Below are positions 60,255 to 64,000 of a stretch of 64,000 bases of DNA, one piece after another; the stretch's first letter is position 1; every line of letters starts with the position of its first letter. The notes under the pieces are model-generated. The model was not told the origin of the DNA, did not search any database, and worked only from the letters and a program-made list of their open reading frames with translations. A program made the translations under genes and the position numbers. The DNA comes from the human T2T-CHM13v2.0 reference genome, Homo sapiens: assembly GCF_009914755.1 (NCBI RefSeq), contig NC_060926.1. One strand, written 5' to 3'.

Positions 60255-60750
60255 TGTATTCTTTTGGTTGTAAGTAATAGAATACCCAATTTAAAAAGTT
60301 TAACAAAAGTAAGTGTCAAAGTGCTTTCAGGATTGGTTTGACAGCTTAGTAATATTATAAAGGATTCATATCTTTCTATATTTCAGCTCTTCATCCTCAG
60401 AATATTGTCTTGGACCTTAGATTTATTTTAACCTCTTGAATGTAAGGGTGTAGCTGTAGTTTAGGTATCACATGTAGAGATAACATCATCTGTCATAAAA
60501 GATGGACAGTTTCTTCCCACGTATCTTTTTAATAGGAAGGAAAACTTTTCTCAGAAGCTCCCTGGCAGACTTTCCTTTGGGTCTCTTCTGCAGGATTGGA
60601 TCACAACCCCATAACCTAGCTGCAAAGAAATTTAAAGAAAATGATGTATGACATTTTAAGACTCTGTCATTGAATGACATCTTGGCCAGGAAGGAAGAAG
60701 TGGGAAGGAGGAATGTGACAGTTGGAAAGACAACAGTTGTCTATCAATAG
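60255..60750 (-). mobile_element. MLT1J/K-like LTR remnant
   Basis: 'ttcttttggttgtaagtaatagaatacccaa...cccagaagctccctggcagactttcc'-like motifs. Confidence 0.55.
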
Positions 60751-62107
60751 TTTATACCACATTTTGTTACTGTTTTGGTAAAATAAAGTTAATAATAATT
60801 AAGTGTAATTTATTTGAAGTAAACTTTTGTTTGCTTTTGCGAAGGAATTTGTATCAATACATTACAGATACTTTTTATGGGAGATTCATAGATTAATTCT
60901 AACTAAACCTCTTTACTTTCTGTCATAGAAATTTTAGAAGTCTTTTTAAAAACATTCTTAGACAAAGAAAAGAAATCTTACTGTGACATTACAGTTCCAA
61001 GTCACAAAAAACAATAAGATATGATGAATCGAGAAACCAAATCACACTCTTTCAATGGAATGTGGCAAAGACCAACTGGCTAGTGAAATGACTCGGAAAC
61101 AAGGCCCTGAGCATAGACAAAGACACAATGGAAACCAATCAGATTAAACGGGCATCAATGCTATAATTAGATTCTGCAGCAGATGTAGAACTGAAAACAC
61201 CAGGGCACCTGTTTTGTTCAAACCGAAGCTAGATTTTATAGACACTGAGAGGCAGAGGGCAACAGCAAATCATCACTCTTCATTTGTCTTGATTCACCTG
61301 GGAGGCAACCGGATTTTCCAAGAGTGGGGTTCCATTCAGAAAAAAAGTAGCAGTGATAAAGACACAACCAAAACAACAACAAAACAAAAATTTTACCTTA
61401 TTTTGAATGTTCCTATTCTGAAATACTCTGAAAGCATATTTCTCTTTTCCCAGGTTTTTAGTTTTATCTAGAAAGGATACAGGCCCTCTCTTCAAAACAG
61501 ACTTTGCAAAACATTACTCAAGCACACTGCATTAACAGGGATTTATTAATTCTCACGATGATTCATTTATTGTTTGCCTCTTTTGAGAGAAAAGAAAACA
61601 ACTGAGAGCTGGGTTGTGTAGTAAGATGGCTTGTGTAGTAAGTCCCTAACTAAAGGAGCAGAATCTAAGGCCTCTTATACTTTTACCAAAGACAAAGGAG
61701 AGCTTCAAAGTTTATACTAAGTACCAAAATGAAAATAATTCTGGCTGCATTTAATTGGGGATTAACAGAGAATGCAGAAATTATAACACATTATTAAGGA
61801 GCTATTCCACCCTCTGAAAAATAACATGCTTTTCTTACAACAAGCACAGTACATTGAAATTTACTTAAAAAAATAAGACAACTCATCTTAATAAAAAGAG
61901 AAATGCTATTTTATTAATCTGTTAATTTTTCAGAATAAAGGCTTTTTATATTCTTCATTATTCTAAAAGTCAAAATCTCCATTTCAGTAGAGCATTTTTA
62001 AGAGGAGGTGGAGGGAGGTTCTAATGAATATTTATGCTCAAATCCACCCAGATTTGCTTGGTGATGGGACATAGAGCCTTTTAATGTGCTTTTAAAAATG
62101 TGGATGA

Positions 62108-62403
62108 GGCCAAGCACAGTGGCTCATGCTTGTAATCCCAGCACTTTGGGAGGCCGAGGTGGGTGGATCACGAGGTCAGGAGTTCGAGACCAGCAGCCTA
62201 GTTAACATAGTGAAACCTCGTCTCTACTAAAAATAGAAAAAATTAGCCAGGCGTGATGGCAGGTGCCTGTAGTCCCAGCTACTTGGGAGGCTGAGGCAGG
62301 AGAATTGCTTGAACCCAGAGGCGGAGGTTGCAGTGAGCCGAGATTGCGCCACTGCACTCCAGCCTGGGCGACAGGGTGAGACTCCACCTCAAAAAAGAAA
62401 AAA
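62108..62403 (+). mobile_element. AluSg-like
   Basis: 'ggatcacgaggtcaggagttcgagacc'; A tail. Confidence 0.93.
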
Positions 62404-62534
62404 GTGTATGGAGCCCAACGTGAAAAACAAGATTGGCATGACAATCAAATTGCTAGAGTTGAATGTACCCTAGCAAGACACTTCAAGGGTCTTAAAATCA
62501 TTATTTTCCACAGGAACAAATGGCTTTCACTTAG

Positions 62535-62772
62535 GAAGAATAAATTTTTGAGGTCTATTGCATAGCATGGTGACTATGGCTAATGGTAATATATCATATT
62601 TCAAGATTGCTAAGAGTAAATTTCAAATGTTTTTGCCAGAGAAAAGCATGTGAGGTAATAAATATGTCAATTATATTGATTTAATCATTTCACATTGTAT
62701 ACATATATCAAAATATCCCACTGTATTCCACAAATACATACAATTAAGGCTTCTCAATGAAACAAATATAAA
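62535..62772 (+). mobile_element. L1MA 3' terminal fragment
   Basis: 'ctattgcatagcatggtgactat...ttgctaagagtaaatttcaaatg...tttaatcatttcacattgtatacatatatcaaaa'. Confidence 0.8.
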
Positions 62773-63109
62773 TGAAAAAAATACATTTTCTTCCTTTTAC
62801 TTAAACCAGAGGAAGGATCATGACTGGGAAATTAATAGTTTTAAATATGCTTCTAGTGGTCCATACTAAACTCTCTGAATGATCTTAAAAGTCATGTTAA
62901 TTACCATCAGTTTAGATCCCATTGTTTTTATATTGCAGGCAGTGAAATGACCAGATACAAATAGACCAGAAGCTCTGTTGGATTTTTGTTTCTTTGAATG
63001 TAACTTCTTTCCTCAAGTCCTTTACATAAGGTCATGGGCATACAGAGAAATATTTCTCTGCCTTGTGAAAAACAATAATGCAGTCACGATGATAACAAGT
63101 AGTTATTGT

Positions 63110-63300
63110 CATCTAACAAATAGATATTGTTGTGCCAAGTGGTATTCTAGGCACTGAGAATACTGTAGTCAGTAAGACAGGGAAGCTCTCTGCTAGCTTG
63201 GAACTTCAATTCTAGAGTATAGTGGAATCAGAGAATAAACAAGTAAACAAGAGGACAAGTAAGATTCTTTTCGAGAATGATAAGTATCGTCAGGAAAAGA
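63110..63300 (-). mobile_element. L2 3' remnant
   Basis: 'tgtgccaagtggtattctaggcactgagaatactgtag...gaacttcaattctag'. Confidence 0.65.
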
Positions 63301-63369
63301 GAAAAGAGTAAAACTGCAACTGGCAAAAGGATCCAGCTGCCTGCAGCTTGTGGAAAGAAGTCAAAATAA

Positions 63370-64000
63370 TAATGAATTATCATAATAAAGAGTGATATTT
63401 CTTTATTATTCATGCCAGCAATGGGAAGAGTAGAAAGGAATTCCACTCTTCAACTTGTGGAGGGAACGTGGGTTTTTAAAGAAAGGGTTTGGAATGCAGA
63501 AGAGGTAAGGAGGGAGCTAGGAGGTGCCAGGTGGCCTGACTTGCTCCCGTGGCTCACCTTGAATTATTGTCCCATTTGGTAAAGGAGCTGGCGCCATCGT
63601 GGGTCCTGCCAGGTCATAATAGGTCAATTCTGTAGTCACTCTTCAGTCGGGAGTGACTTCTGGACTTGAAGTAATCTTTTGTTGGAGAGAGAATTCTGGA
63701 GCTGTCTCGTCCCTATCAGGATCTGACCCCTGACACTTCTAAGGAAATATGTGACCAGATAAGAGAGCGTGGTGTGTGGTTAACAAGCATCGAGATAAAT
63801 AAACGTGCACAAGGCATGGGAGTATAGTATGGAAAAGGAAAGGGAGTCGAGGTTCACAGCACATTCCAAGGCTGTATTTTGAGATGAAAGGTAGCACATA
63901 TGCAGTTTGTCTTAAAGTTACATCTTTAGATTTGGAGGGGGAAGAGAAAAGGGAAAAGAAAAAAAAGTTTAAAATGTAGTCTGAGGCTAAGCTGCTATAC
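63370..64000 (-). mobile_element. ERV1-type LTR running to the window end
   Basis: 'tttctttattattcatgccagcaatgggaagag...tttaaaatgtagtctgaggctaagctgctatac'; family not resolved. Confidence 0.55.

Overview
This is primate, very likely human, genomic DNA: AT-rich, dense in Alu/L1/LTR repeats, with no protein-coding exon I can support. Almost every ORF in the track comes from a repeat or is a chance frame. The standout element is a retrocopy at 5869-6427 bounded by an exact 17-bp target-site duplication (TSD). It starts at the 5' end of the H/ACA snoRNA SNORA70 (U70), keeps the rest of the host intron with its branch point and AG acceptor, then continues as spliced RPL10 3' exons with AATAAA. It is therefore a copy of a snoRNA-ended, polyadenylated RPL10 RNA, and it could act as a portable snoRNA plus terminal-exon cassette. 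Other structure seen directly in the sequence: an L1PA insertion whose TSDs also enclose an older L1 3' end (3' transduction); two ~200-230 bp templated duplications of unique local sequence copied from 1.6-2.4 kb away; a fold-back inverted duplication at an Alu 5' junction; an L1PB at a large deletion junction in an L1MA; an ERVL/HERV16-like provirus relic; and an HSMAR2 mariner with both ends. Repeat subfamily names come from my memory of consensus sequences, and boundaries without a TSD are approximate. I see no clearly new biological system. The best candidates are specific instances of known mechanisms, with testable functional hypotheses.
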